The position numbers and the translations under genes are program-made. Of a DNA stretch of 64,000 bases, positions 1 through 9,475 are shown one piece after another. The DNA is from Intestinibacillus massiliensis (lineage in GTDB: Bacteria; Bacillota; Clostridia; Oscillospirales; Butyricicoccaceae). The stretch covers positions 466,171 through 530,170 of the forward strand of contig NZ_LT707059.1 of NCBI RefSeq assembly GCF_900155735.1. Reading direction: 5' to 3'. Position 1 is the stretch's first letter. Every line of letters starts with the position of its first letter. The notes below the pieces were generated by a model. The model worked only from the letters and a program-made list of their open reading frames with translations. It was not told the origin of the DNA and did not search any database.

Positions 1-422
1 ATGTAGTGATAGGCATTTTCCGCCATTTTCGTCATAAGGCGCAAAAGCTCGGCGGCTTCTTCCGGTGAGAGGGATTCGGTCAGCACACGGTCCCAGCGCT
101 GCTTGCTCTGCCGCAGCGTTTGGATCACGGGTTCCGCGGCGGGCGTGGTGTAAAGACGGCGGATGCGGCGGTCGTCGCCGTCCGCGCAGCTTTGGATATA
201 GCCGAGTTCTTCCAGCTTTTGCACGGCTTTGGTCACGGTGCCTTTATCAAAATGCCCCGTTTTTGCCAGGTCGTACATGCTGATGCCGTTATGCTCGTAG
301 ATTTTTGCCAAAAAAAATTGCTGGCCGCATCCGACGTGGAACGAGGCGAGCGCGCGGTCGTAAAAGCGGTTGGTCTGGCGGTGGATAATGGAAGCGGACT
401 TGGTATAGGATAGTTGGTTCAT
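1..422 (-). CDS. MarR family transcriptional regulator (C-terminus beyond window edge)
   Basis: Minus-strand translation MNQLSYTKSASIIHRQTNRFYDRALASFHVGCGQQFFLAKIYEHNGISMYDLAKTGHFDKGTVTKAVQKLEELGYI... (winged-HTH MarR pattern). GAAGGGAGGG RBS lies 7 nt upstream of the ATG at 422. The frame stays open to position 1. Confidence 0.8.
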   Translation of the reverse strand, partial: MNQLSYTKSASIIHRQTNRFYDRALASFHVGCGQQFFLAKIYEHNGISMYDLAKTGHFDKGTVTKAVQKLEELGYIQSCADGDDRRIRRLYTTPAAEPVIQTLRQSKQRWDRVLTESLSPEEAAELLRLMTKMAENAYHY

Positions 423-443
423 GTCCATCCCTCCCTTCAATGG

Positions 444-455
444 TTGAGTGCTCAA
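444..455. promoter_or_regulatory. Inverted repeat TTGAGTGCTCAA in the marR 5' leader, putative autoregulatory operator
   Basis: Palindrome TTGAG-tg-CTCAA about 20 nt upstream of the marR start codon. Confidence 0.3.
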
Positions 456-562
456 TTATCATAACATAAATTGATTGGCCGCGCAACTAAAAAAGAAGAG
501 GTTTTTGAGAATAGCATGAAATAATATCTGAAAAATAGCAATATATTTTCAGCAATTGCAAC

Positions 563-600
563 AAAAATGGGATGGTGGTAAGCCCAGCCATCCCATTTTA
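563..600. terminator. Bidirectional intrinsic terminator hairpin
   Basis: AAATGGGATGG-loop-CCATCCCATTT stem flanked by A-run and T-run, immediately after the stop of the minus-strand gene ending at 604. Confidence 0.6.
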
Positions 601-603
601 GGG

Positions 604-972
604 TTACGATGCTTTGCCCTTTTTTGAAAAAATCCGCTGTAACAGGATGCGCAGCGCTTGCACATAACCAAGGCCTGCCAGGATGCCAGTCCATAGCCGG
701 CGCCGGTTGGTGGAGGCCTGCAGACCCGCAGCCTGGGTCAGCCCGTCCACCGCTGTTGGGGTGAGGAGGAGCAGGCAGCCCATCAACGATTTGGGAAGGG
801 ATTTCGCGGCCGGACGCGCAAGCGCCAGCAACTGCCCGAGGGCAATCCCGGTGCAGCGCGCACAAAGCGGGAACTGATAGCCGCGGAAGCGGAAGCTGCG
901 TTCATAGCGCTGATGGCAGCCGCAGGCCGCGCCCGCGCGCATGGCCAGCAGCCAAAGCTTTTGCGCCGTCAT
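604..972 (-). CDS. DUF2085-like small membrane protein
   Basis: ORF with CGCHQRYERSFRFRGYQFPLCARCTG motif typical of DUF2085. Start ATG at 972 overlaps the upstream stop (ATGA coupling). Confidence 0.55.
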   Translation of the reverse strand: MTAQKLWLLAMRAGAACGCHQRYERSFRFRGYQFPLCARCTGIALGQLLALARPAAKSLPKSLMGCLLLLTPTAVDGLTQAAGLQASTNRRRLWTGILAGLGYVQALRILLQRIFSKKGKAS

Positions 973-1181
973 GCCTGGAACTTGTTGCCGCAATTGTGGC
1001 AGATCCAATAGGTCTTGCTGCGCGTGCGGCCTTCCCCCATGCCGCACATGCCGCAAAGCAAGCCGAGGGGGCCGAAGCACAGGTAGCCGAGGCAGCCTTT
1101 CCCCGCGCCGTAGCCCTTATAGTGTGAAGAGGTCTCGGTGACGATCTGGCAGGCGTCTGCGCCGCATCTTGGACATTTCAT
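969..1181 (-). CDS. Small zinc-ribbon domain protein
   Basis: 70 aa: MKCPRCGADAC...CHNCGNKF with two CxxC pairs. Translationally coupled to the downstream DUF2085 gene. Confidence 0.5.
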   Translation of the reverse strand: MKCPRCGADACQIVTETSSHYKGYGAGKGCLGYLCFGPLGLLCGMCGMGEGRTRSKTYWICHNCGNKFQA

Positions 1182-1200
1182 AGTTTATCCTCCAAACGAT

Positions 1201-2598
1201 TCAGTTTATGGGGGGCGGCTGCGCGGCTTCCCGTTCCTTGCGGCGCAGCCCGCGCCATATTGTGAGAAGCATTGTGATATAACAGGCGCCGCCGCCGATG
1301 AAGTTGGACACCGGTTCCGCAAGGAATACGCCGCGCACGCCAAGCCCCCAAAGCCGTGGGAGCAGAAGGGTCAGCGGCACGACGATGATGATTTTGCGGA
1401 ACAGGGAAAAGAAGATGGACTGCGCGGAGCGCCCGAGCGACACGGCGGCGGTCTGCCCGGCAATTTGCAGAGACATCATAAAGAAGCCGAAAAAATACAG
1501 GTGCATCGACGGAACCGTAGCGGCCGCCAGCGCGGGGTCGTCGGTGAAGATACGGATAAAAGCCGTGGGGAAGAGCAGCAGGATGAGCCACACTACCGTC
1601 GTGTACGCCACGCACAGGATGGACATGAGGCCAATTCCCGTGCGCACGCGGCGATATTGCTGCGCGCCGTAATTGTAGCCAAGCACGGGCTGCGAGGCGC
1701 TTGTCAGGCCGTTGACCGGCGCGGTAACGACGTCTCGGGTGGAGTTGATAATCGTCATGACCCCGACATAGAGGTCGCCGCTATAATGCTGCAGGGTTGC
1801 GTTACATACTATTTGCACGGCGCTGTTGGTGATCGAAACGATGAAGCCCGACAGGCCGAGCGTCACGATACGCCGGATGCGCGCCAATTGCAGGCGCATA
1901 TCGCCCCGGCGCAACCGGACGACGGCTTTTGCGCCGGTCAGGAAGCGTACCGCCCAGACCGCGGATGCAAACTGCGAGATGACGGTTGCAATCGCCGCGC
2001 CGGCCACGCCGAGGTGCAGCCCGAAAATAAATAGCGGGTCGAGGACGATGTTCAGGATTGCGCCGAGGGCGACCGTGCCCATGGCCGTCCGGCCAAAGCC
2101 CTGCGCATTGATAAAGTTATTAAGCCCTAAGCCCACCATGACGAACACGCTGCCGCATAAGTAAATCGTTAGGTAGCTGCTTGCATAGGGATAGGTAATA
2201 TCGCTTGCGCCGAATAGGTACAGCAGCGGCTTTTGGCACAGCAGGATGACGGCGGTCAGCACCACGCCGGTTGACAGCAGCATGGCAAAGGTATTGCCCA
2301 GGATTTTCCCGGCGTCCTCCGTATCCCCACGGCCGCGCGCCATGGAAAAAAGCGGCGCGCCGCCCGTGCCGAATAGGTTGGCAAAGGCCAGGACGATGGA
2401 CAGGATGGGGAAGGTCAGCCCTACGCCGGTCAGCGCGTTGACGGCGTCCTGCGCCATGTGGCCGATATACATGCGGTCGATGATATTATAGAGCACGTTG
2501 ATGAGCTGCGCGAGCGTCATAGGGCCTGCGAGGCGCAGGATGTTCTGATATACAGGACCCTGCGAAAAATCGCTTACGGATGCTTTCGTTTCAATCAC
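1201..2598 (-). CDS. MATE family efflux transporter
   Basis: 465 aa, 12-TM-like hydrophobic profile with MATE-type repeats (LAGPMTLAQLINVLYNIIDRMYIGH...). Confidence 0.9.
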   Translation of the reverse strand: MIETKASVSDFSQGPVYQNILRLAGPMTLAQLINVLYNIIDRMYIGHMAQDAVNALTGVGLTFPILSIVLAFANLFGTGGAPLFSMARGRGDTEDAGKILGNTFAMLLSTGVVLTAVILLCQKPLLYLFGASDITYPYASSYLTIYLCGSVFVMVGLGLNNFINAQGFGRTAMGTVALGAILNIVLDPLFIFGLHLGVAGAAIATVISQFASAVWAVRFLTGAKAVVRLRRGDMRLQLARIRRIVTLGLSGFIVSITNSAVQIVCNATLQHYSGDLYVGVMTIINSTRDVVTAPVNGLTSASQPVLGYNYGAQQYRRVRTGIGLMSILCVAYTTVVWLILLLFPTAFIRIFTDDPALAAATVPSMHLYFFGFFMMSLQIAGQTAAVSLGRSAQSIFFSLFRKIIIVVPLTLLLPRLWGLGVRGVFLAEPVSNFIGGGACYITMLLTIWRGLRRKEREAAQPPPIN

Positions 2599-2729
2599 CT
2601 GCGGTTATGTTGGGATTTTATTATTATACCACGCGGGCACAGGATCGGCAATGCCGTGCGCCGGGCATAACGGGCGGGCGCGCGGCATAGGCATAGAACA
2701 AGACGATAAAACGGAAAGGGTTTGATAAC

Positions 2730-3749
2730 ATGGTCTATCATTACTACTTAAGCGCCAATAGCTCGCGCGGATATATTGATTTTACAGCCGGCCGCGCAGC
2801 GGGGCTGCAGCACGTGCAGCGCACGGTCGGGTACCCGTCGGCGGTGATGCGCGACCTGTCCGGCGCGGCGATTGAGTTGGCGCGCGAACAGGGGCTGCGG
2901 CTGGACATCGTACACCAGCCGTTGGACGGCAGCGTAACCGGGCTGATCCTGCCGGAACGCTCGGCCGCGGTGCTCAATACGCCGTATTGGCTCGACCGGA
3001 GCCGCCATGTGGACAATTTGCTGGAGGACGAGGCGCGCGATGAAGCGCGGGCGTTGCTGCAAAAGGCGTATGACGCCTATGCCGCCGCGCTGAAAATCCA
3101 CGATGAGTGGGAAAAAATTTATATTTCGCAAATGGATTTCAAGGTGCTCAATGAAATGGCGGAGGCGTTTGCCAAAAAGGTGCTCGCAGACGGAAAGGCC
3201 GGGAAGCCGGGCAAGCGTACGGACGCGGTGTTCGGCGCCTCCACGCCGGAAGGGCCGGTCGACTATATTGCAAACTTGACCATGGATTTGCCACAGCGCT
3301 ACTTTATGAAGGGCAGGCCGGGCACCGGCAAATCCACATTCCTCAAAAAGGTGGCGGACGCCGCGGTGCAGGCGGGGGTCGACACCGAGGTCTATCACTG
3401 TGCGTTCGACCCGGAGAGCCTTGATATGCTCGTTATGCGCGCAAAGGGCGTCTGCATCTTTGACAGCACCGCGCCGCACGAGTATTTCCCGACCCGGTCG
3501 GGGGACGAAATCGTCGATATTTATACCGCGGCCGTCCGTCCCGGCACTGACGAGCGGTATGCCGCACAGATTGGCGTAACGGCTAAACAGTATAAGGCGC
3601 AGACTGCGGAGGGGGCAAAGCTGCTCGGCGAGGCGCGCGCCATTACGGACGATATGGATCAGCGCCTGCGCGAGTGCCTGGACAGCAGCCGCACGGCGCT
3701 TGCAATGGAGCAAATCCTCAACACGCTATTCGCACCGGAGCACGAGTAA
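2730..3749 (+). CDS. P-loop NTPase of unknown function (PRK06851-like hypothetical ATPase)
   Basis: 339 aa with Walker A GRPGTGKST and a downstream acidic Walker B-like stretch. Divergently arranged with the MATE gene. Confidence 0.75.
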   Translation: MVYHYYLSANSSRGYIDFTAGRAAGLQHVQRTVGYPSAVMRDLSGAAIELAREQGLRLDIVHQPLDGSVTGLILPERSAAVLNTPYWLDRSRHVDNLLEDEARDEARALLQKAYDAYAAALKIHDEWEKIYISQMDFKVLNEMAEAFAKKVLADGKAGKPGKRTDAVFGASTPEGPVDYIANLTMDLPQRYFMKGRPGTGKSTFLKKVADAAVQAGVDTEVYHCAFDPESLDMLVMRAKGVCIFDSTAPHEYFPTRSGDEIVDIYTAAVRPGTDERYAAQIGVTAKQYKAQTAEGAKLLGEARAITDDMDQRLRECLDSSRTALAMEQILNTLFAPEHE

Positions 3750-3835
3750 GCGCTCCCGGCACGTAAACCATCCGGCAAGCGGGATAAAACGGTTTTATTT
3801 ATCCCGCAGGGCTTCCTTCATAAAGCAGGGACACT

Positions 3836-3870
3836 AAAAAGGGGTCTGGGCATGTTGCCCAGACCCCTTT
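3836..3870. terminator. Bidirectional intrinsic terminator between convergent genes
   Basis: AAAAA-GGGGTCTGGGCA-tgt-TGCCCAGACCCC-TTT perfect 12-bp stem. A second hairpin (GCGGGATAAA...TTTATCCCGC) lies just upstream at about 3785-3807. Confidence 0.6.
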
Positions 3871-3880
3871 AGAATTGGTT

Positions 3881-4762
3881 TTACTTCATGCCGACGCTTG
3901 CGAGGAACGCACGGGTACGCTTGGCAATCGGGAACGGCTGGTCGAACGGGCAGGGGAACATATCCTGCTCTACGACGACCCAACCATCATAATCGACTTC
4001 CTGAAGGGCTTTGTACATATCCGAAAAGTCCACCGCGCCCGAACCGGGCTCGCACATCAGGCCCATGGAAACCGCCTTGACAAAGGACAGGCCTTCGTGC
4101 TTGATCTGGTCGCGCAGCTTCTGGTTGCAGTCCTTCAGATGTAGATAGGGGATGCGGTCGTGGTGCTTGCGGAAAAACGCAACCGGGTCGCCGCCGCCGT
4201 AGACATGGTGGCCAGTATCGAAGCAGAGCTGCACGGTCGTGTCATTTAGCAGGCGCTCAATCTGCTCCTCGCTCTCGCAGTAGGTCTGCGCATGCGGATG
4301 GTAAACGACGGTCAGGCCGAACTTTTCCTTGGCGTAGTCCGAGACCTTCTGGATATTTGCGCAAAACTGTTTCCAGCCCTCGCCGTCGATCGAAGCGGGA
4401 TGGATCAGCTCACCGGTTTCGAGGTCGGTGTAGACGTCGGTAAAGAGCACCATATAACGCGCGTCCGGGAATTTGACCTGGATCGGCCCGAGTAGGTCGA
4501 CCGTATCCATGACGGCCTTCACGCCTTCGTCCGAACACATATCGCCGGACAGCGTCGCGCCGATCAGGTCGAGGCCTCGGGAATCCAGCGCAGTGCGCAG
4601 CGTATCATAATCGGTGGGCAGATAGCCGGTGGGGCCAAGCTCGGTGCCGGCGTAACCGGCGGCGGCCATCTCATCCAGGCATCTTGTCCACGGGGTCTGC
4701 TTTTCATGGGAAGGGAACCATACGCCCCAGGAATCGGGGCAGCTGCCAACACGGATCTTCAT
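3881..4762 (-). CDS. Sugar phosphate isomerase/epimerase (xylose isomerase-like TIM barrel; inosose dehydratase-like)
   Basis: 293 aa from MKIRVGSCPDSWGVW..., preceded by a GGAGGA RBS. TIM-barrel metal-site motifs HLKD and FDTGH. Confidence 0.85.
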   Translation of the reverse strand: MKIRVGSCPDSWGVWFPSHEKQTPWTRCLDEMAAAGYAGTELGPTGYLPTDYDTLRTALDSRGLDLIGATLSGDMCSDEGVKAVMDTVDLLGPIQVKFPDARYMVLFTDVYTDLETGELIHPASIDGEGWKQFCANIQKVSDYAKEKFGLTVVYHPHAQTYCESEEQIERLLNDTTVQLCFDTGHHVYGGGDPVAFFRKHHDRIPYLHLKDCNQKLRDQIKHEGLSFVKAVSMGLMCEPGSGAVDFSDMYKALQEVDYDGWVVVEQDMFPCPFDQPFPIAKRTRAFLASVGMK

Positions 4763-4802
4763 TTTTCTTCCTCCTGTCAATCGTGGGTTTGAACGGCGGC
4801 GG

Positions 4803-5933
4803 TCAGTCCGCAACCTTGGTCCACTGCTCGCTCTCCGCAGACTGAAGCACCGCGTCGATGACACAGTCGATCTTGTGGCCAAAGGCAAAGTCGCACATGT
4901 AGGGCGCGCCCTGGGTGATGGCGGCCAGCAGCTTGTGGACTTCGAGGATCTTCATATCGGTGAACGCGATCGCGATGCCGGCCTGCGGCTCGAATACGCC
5001 GTAGCCCTCGTGCTCTGGGTTCAGCAGGACGGTGCGGAAGCCGCCGTCACGGCCGTCGTCCGAGCGGAAGTAGACCTGTACCTCGCCCATGCGCTCGAGG
5101 CTATAATAAACGCTGCCTTCGGTACCCTGGATTTCATAGGAGAAAAAGTTCTTGCGGCCGGTCGCGACGCGGGAGGTGCCGATCGTGCCCAGGCAGCCGT
5201 TCTTGTACTTGGCCATAAAGGTCATGATGTCGTCGTTCTCCACCTTCGCCATTTCGGAGGAGCCGCGAGCCTTGGGACGTTCGGGGATGATGATCTGGGA
5301 AACCGCGTTTACGCTGTCAATATCGCCAAGGATCATCTGGGAAACCGCGATCATGTGGGACGCTAGGTCGCCCAGCGCGCCGGAGCCTGCGAATTTGTTG
5401 ATGTGGCGCCAGGTGATCGGGGATTCCGGGTCGAGCAGCGCGTCCTGGTCGTATGTCGCAATGAAGCGCATGATCTTGCCGAGCTTGCCTTCCTTGACCA
5501 GGTCGCGGACGTAGGCGTTTGCCGGGTTGTTGACGTTCTGCGTGCCGACATAGTTGACAACGCCCTTTTCCTTGGCCAGGTCGGCCAGCTCCTTGGACTC
5601 CGCCGGGGTAAAGCAGAGCGGCTTCTCGCAGTATACATGCTTGCCGGCCAGCAGGGCGGCCTTTGCCATTTCATAGTGCAGGAAGTTCGGGGTGGCAATG
5701 TCTACAAGGTCGATTGCGGGGTCGTTGATGATATCCATCCAATTGGTGGTCCAGCGGTTGAAGCCGAGCTTTTCAGCGGCAGCCTTCACAACGTCTTCCT
5801 GGGTATCGGATACGCATTCAAAAACGGGGCGGCCGAACTCCGGCCCGAAAAGCATCTGTGCGTTCAGAAAAGCGTTTGTATGCGCCTTGCCCATCCAACC
5901 CGAGCCGATCAAACCGATTTTGATTTCCTTCAT
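4803..5933 (-). CDS. Gfo/Idh/MocA family NAD(P)-dependent oxidoreductase
   Basis: 376 aa, MKEIKIGLIGSGWMGKAHTNAF Rossmann N-terminus, EKP motif. Confidence 0.9.
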   Translation of the reverse strand: MKEIKIGLIGSGWMGKAHTNAFLNAQMLFGPEFGRPVFECVSDTQEDVVKAAAEKLGFNRWTTNWMDIINDPAIDLVDIATPNFLHYEMAKAALLAGKHVYCEKPLCFTPAESKELADLAKEKGVVNYVGTQNVNNPANAYVRDLVKEGKLGKIMRFIATYDQDALLDPESPITWRHINKFAGSGALGDLASHMIAVSQMILGDIDSVNAVSQIIIPERPKARGSSEMAKVENDDIMTFMAKYKNGCLGTIGTSRVATGRKNFFSYEIQGTEGSVYYSLERMGEVQVYFRSDDGRDGGFRTVLLNPEHEGYGVFEPQAGIAIAFTDMKILEVHKLLAAITQGAPYMCDFAFGHKIDCVIDAVLQSAESEQWTKVAD

Positions 5934-6108
5934 GACAGTTTCCTCCTAAAATGTAAGTGCTGTATTTTGTGCGGCAAATGGCTTAAACCGCCTTGGCTTG
6001 CCTTTTCTTTGTACTTATAGTATACTGAAAAAACGATACCGTCACTGCAAACACTTGCTAAGACATATACAAAAATTGCTTTTTCAAAAAGGGGAGGGGG
6101 ACTGCCAC

Positions 6109-6948
6109 ATGGCCGTCAACAGGGAACCGGGGATCCTGCCGGAATCCAGCATCAGCTTCCATGTGCCGTCAGCATTCGCGCGGGACACGCTGTATTATGC
6201 GGAGATGGGCGGCGACTACGTCTGCGACGAACGGTTCGTGATTGAACGGGAAACGTTCCACACGTTTATCATGTTCTGGGTCAAAGCCGGCAGCCTGCAT
6301 GTTTCGTATCAGGGGAAGGATTTTTCGCTGCTGGAGGGGCAACTCCTGCTGATAGACGCAAAATTGCCGCATTTTTATCAGGCGACCCCAGGCGTGGCCT
6401 TCGAATGGTTCCATTTCGCAGGCGCAGGTACGCAGCATTATTTTGACCTGCTGGCGGAGGATGGCGACCTTGTCTTTGACAGCGCTGACGTCCCGGCCGC
6501 GCTGACGGCGTTCCGCCAGGTCATGAACATGCTCCGGGAGGACGCAATGAACGAGCACCGTATGTCCGTATGCCTGCACAGTATGCTGGGGGAATTTGCC
6601 AGCCCTGGGCTTGCGACGGCGCGCAATTGCGACAGCAGCGTGCGCGACGCGATCCGGTACATCAACGCCCACTTCGCCGAAGACCTCACGCTGGAGCGGA
6701 TCGCGTCGCGCGTCAACCTCAGCCCGTTCCACTTTGCGCGGCTGTTTAAAAAGAACACGAACAGCACGCCGCATGAGTTTGTGCTCAACACCCGGATTAA
6801 GCATGCAAAGCAAATGCTGCTGGAGTCCGCGCACTCCATTGAGTATATCGCGTCGGAATGCGGGTTTAACAGCCCGTCGCACTTTATCCGCGCCTTTAAA
6901 AAGGAAACGCTGTTTACACCGAAGCAATTCCGCACCACGCAGTTTTAA
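6109..6948 (+). CDS. AraC family transcriptional regulator
   Basis: Cupin-like N-terminal domain plus C-terminal double HTH (IASRVNLSPFHFARLFKK...FNSPSHFIRAFKK). Start ATG at 6109 with GGGGAGGGGG RBS. Divergent from the oxidoreductase/isomerase pair. Confidence 0.85.
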   Translation: MAVNREPGILPESSISFHVPSAFARDTLYYAEMGGDYVCDERFVIERETFHTFIMFWVKAGSLHVSYQGKDFSLLEGQLLLIDAKLPHFYQATPGVAFEWFHFAGAGTQHYFDLLAEDGDLVFDSADVPAALTAFRQVMNMLREDAMNEHRMSVCLHSMLGEFASPGLATARNCDSSVRDAIRYINAHFAEDLTLERIASRVNLSPFHFARLFKKNTNSTPHEFVLNTRIKHAKQMLLESAHSIEYIASECGFNSPSHFIRAFKKETLFTPKQFRTTQF

Positions 6949-6992
6949 ATACAAAACAGGGGCCTGCATCGATGCAGGCCCCTGTTTTGTAT
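6949..6992. terminator. Bidirectional intrinsic terminator (perfect 44-nt palindrome)
   Basis: ATACAAAACAGGGGCCTGCATCGATGCAGGCCCCTGTTTTGTAT between the convergent araC-family and nspC genes. Confidence 0.7.
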
Positions 6993-6994
6993 CT

Positions 6995-8125
6995 TTAGGA
7001 AAGGCGGGTTTTAAAATCCCCATATCCGAAAGTGCGGACGATCTCGTCCGTGCCGTCGGTATGGCGGATGGCGATGGACGGCAGGTTCATACCGTTAAAG
7101 GTGTTGGTTTTCACCATGGTATAAAGCGCCATGTCGCCGAAGACGACGCGGCTGCCCTCGCGGAGCGGCTGGTCGAAGGAATAATCGCCGACCACGTCGC
7201 CCGCCAGGCAGGTGCCGCCCGTCAGGCGGTATGTGTGCGCCTTTTCACCCGGCTCCCCGGCGTCCAGCACGGGCGGGCGGTAGGGCATTTCCAGCACGTC
7301 CGGCATATGGCATGCGGCTGAAGCGTCCAGGATTGCAATATTTATGCCGTTTTGCATGGTTTCCAGCACAGAGGACACAAGGAAGCCGGTGTTTAGCACC
7401 ACCGCTTCGCCAGGCTCCAGATATACTTCAACGCCATAGGTTTCGCGCAGGCGGCGCACGCAGGCCACCAGCCCCTCGCGGTCGTACCCTTCCTTGGTGA
7501 TATGGTGGCCACCGCCAAGGTTCAGCCACTGCATCCCGTGCAAGTATTTGCCGAATTTGGCTTCAAATACGGCAAGCGTCTCCGAGAGCGCGTCAAAGCC
7601 CTGTTCGCACAGCGTATGCATGTGCAGCCCGTCGACTCCGCCGAGCAGGTCGGGGCGGAACGCCCGCTCCGTGACGCCGAGGCGTGAACCGGGGGCGCAG
7701 GGGTCGTAAATCGCGTGCCCATCCTCCTGCGTGGAGCATTCCGGGTTGATCCGGATACCGCAGGATTTGCCCGCTGCGCGCGCCGCTGCGCCGTACTTTT
7801 CCCATTGCGCAAAGGAGTTGAACACGAAATGGTCGGCAATGGGGAGCAGCGCCTTAAATTCCTGCGGGGGGTAGGCGGGGGAAAATACATGAACCTCGCC
7901 GGGGAATTCCTCACGGCCGAGCCGCGCCTCATGCAGGCCGCTGGCCGTAGTGCCGGATAGGTAACGGGAGATCAGGGGATATAGCGAAAACATGGAGAAC
8001 GCCTTTTGCGCAAGCAGGATTTTTGCGCCGGAACGGTCGGCGACGTCCTTCAGGATTGCAAGGTTCCGGGTCAGCAACGTCTCATCCACGACGAAGCAAG
8101 GGGTTGGAAGGGAAGAAAAGTCCAT
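6995..8125 (-). CDS. nspC: Carboxynorspermidine/carboxyspermidine decarboxylase
   Basis: 376 aa, PLP-dependent ornithine-decarboxylase fold pattern. Sits downstream of the saccharopine-dehydrogenase-family gene. Confidence 0.85.
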   Translation of the reverse strand: MDFSSLPTPCFVVDETLLTRNLAILKDVADRSGAKILLAQKAFSMFSLYPLISRYLSGTTASGLHEARLGREEFPGEVHVFSPAYPPQEFKALLPIADHFVFNSFAQWEKYGAAARAAGKSCGIRINPECSTQEDGHAIYDPCAPGSRLGVTERAFRPDLLGGVDGLHMHTLCEQGFDALSETLAVFEAKFGKYLHGMQWLNLGGGHHITKEGYDREGLVACVRRLRETYGVEVYLEPGEAVVLNTGFLVSSVLETMQNGINIAILDASAACHMPDVLEMPYRPPVLDAGEPGEKAHTYRLTGGTCLAGDVVGDYSFDQPLREGSRVVFGDMALYTMVKTNTFNGMNLPSIAIRHTDGTDEIVRTFGYGDFKTRLS

Positions 8126-8227
8126 AGGTTGCGTCCTTTCCAGTACAGGTTTCAGTAGGATAAAGGCCAGCCTTTCGGCTGGCCTGAAGCTGTCACAAAT
8201 TATATGCCCGCGAGGGGCACAGGGGGA

Positions 8228-9430
8228 TCAGTCGACCAGAACCGGGTTAAAGTCCTCGTGCCACGGCAGGCCGAACTTGTTCAGCAGTTCCATAAACGGG
8301 TCGGGATCGAACTCCTCGACATTATAGACGCCGGGCTTGCACCATTTGCCGGTGATGACGAGCGCCGCACCGATCATGGCGGGCACGCCGGTCGTATAGG
8401 AAATGGCCTGCGAGCCGACCTCGCGGTAGCATTCCTGATGGTCGCAGATGTTGTAGAGGTAATAGGTCTTGTCCTTGCCGTCCTTCTTGCCCTGGAAGAT
8501 GCAGCCGATGTTGGTCTTGCCGACCGTGCGCGGGCCGAGCGAGGCGGGATCCGGCAGGACGGCCTTGAGGAATTGCAGCGGCACAATCTGCTTACCTTCA
8601 AACGCAATCGGCTCGATCGAGGTCATGCCTACGTTTTGCAGGCAGCGCAGGTGGGTCAGGTAGCTCTGGCCGAAGGTCATAAAGAAACGGATGCGCTTGA
8701 TGCCGGGGATGTTGAGGCCGAGGGACTCCAGCTCCTCGTGGTGTAGCAGGTACATGTCCTTCGGGCCAACGCCCTTAAAATCGTATTCGCGCTTGATCTC
8801 CATGGGCGCGGTCTCGACCCAATGCCCGTCTTCCCAGTAGGAGCCGTTGGCCGTGACCTCGCGAATGTTGATCTCCGGGTTAAAGTTGGTCGCAAACGGG
8901 TAGCCATGGTCGCCGCCGTTGCAGTCCAGGATATCAATATAATTGATTTCGTCAAATTGGTGCTTGAGCGCGTAGGCGGAAAATACGCCGGTCACGCCGG
9001 GGTCGAACCCGGAGCCGAGCACCGCGCAGATACCAGCCTGTTCAAAGCGCTCGCGGTAGGCCCACTGCCAGGAATATTCAAACTTTGCCGTGTCCTCCGG
9101 CTCGTAATTCGCCGTGTCGACATAGTGCGTCCGCGTCGCGAGGCATGCGTCCATAATCGTCAGGTCCTGATAGGGAAGCGCAAGGTTCAGCACGACGTCG
9201 GGCTTGAACTCCTCGATCAGCGCGATAAGCTCGTCCACGTTGTTCGCATCGACCTTGGCGGTGCGGATCTTCGTCTTGGTCGTGCCAGCGAGCTTTTCCG
9301 CGAAGGCGTCGCATTTTGCCTTTGTACGGCTCGCGATCATGATTTCCTCAAAGACTTCGGAATACTGGCAACATTTATGGATGGCAACGCCGGCGACGCC
9401 GCCCGCGCCAATGATCAGGGCTTTTCCCAT
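8228..9430 (-). CDS. Carboxynorspermidine/carboxyspermidine dehydrogenase (saccharopine dehydrogenase family)
   Basis: 400 aa, MGKALIIGAGGVAGVAIHK N-terminal NAD(P)-binding motif. AGGAGG RBS. Confidence 0.85.
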   Translation of the reverse strand: MGKALIIGAGGVAGVAIHKCCQYSEVFEEIMIASRTKAKCDAFAEKLAGTTKTKIRTAKVDANNVDELIALIEEFKPDVVLNLALPYQDLTIMDACLATRTHYVDTANYEPEDTAKFEYSWQWAYRERFEQAGICAVLGSGFDPGVTGVFSAYALKHQFDEINYIDILDCNGGDHGYPFATNFNPEINIREVTANGSYWEDGHWVETAPMEIKREYDFKGVGPKDMYLLHHEELESLGLNIPGIKRIRFFMTFGQSYLTHLRCLQNVGMTSIEPIAFEGKQIVPLQFLKAVLPDPASLGPRTVGKTNIGCIFQGKKDGKDKTYYLYNICDHQECYREVGSQAISYTTGVPAMIGAALVITGKWCKPGVYNVEEFDPDPFMELLNKFGLPWHEDFNPVLVD

Positions 9431-9475
9431 GATGATGACCTCCTGAAAATATTTGTCGTTTCATAGTACATACAC

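Noticed and set aside
120-413. Plus-strand 97-aa ORF at the window start
   Set aside because: The opposite strand encodes a convincing MarR wHTH protein with an RBS. The plus frame is its shadow.
1138-2034. 298-aa plus-strand ORF antisense to the MATE gene (and similar shadow ORFs 2748-3713, 6169-7023, 24236-25441, 27377-28882, 9801-10580)
   Set aside because: These are shadow frames of well-supported genes. Composition is dominated by R, A, G and P, and none has an SD sequence.
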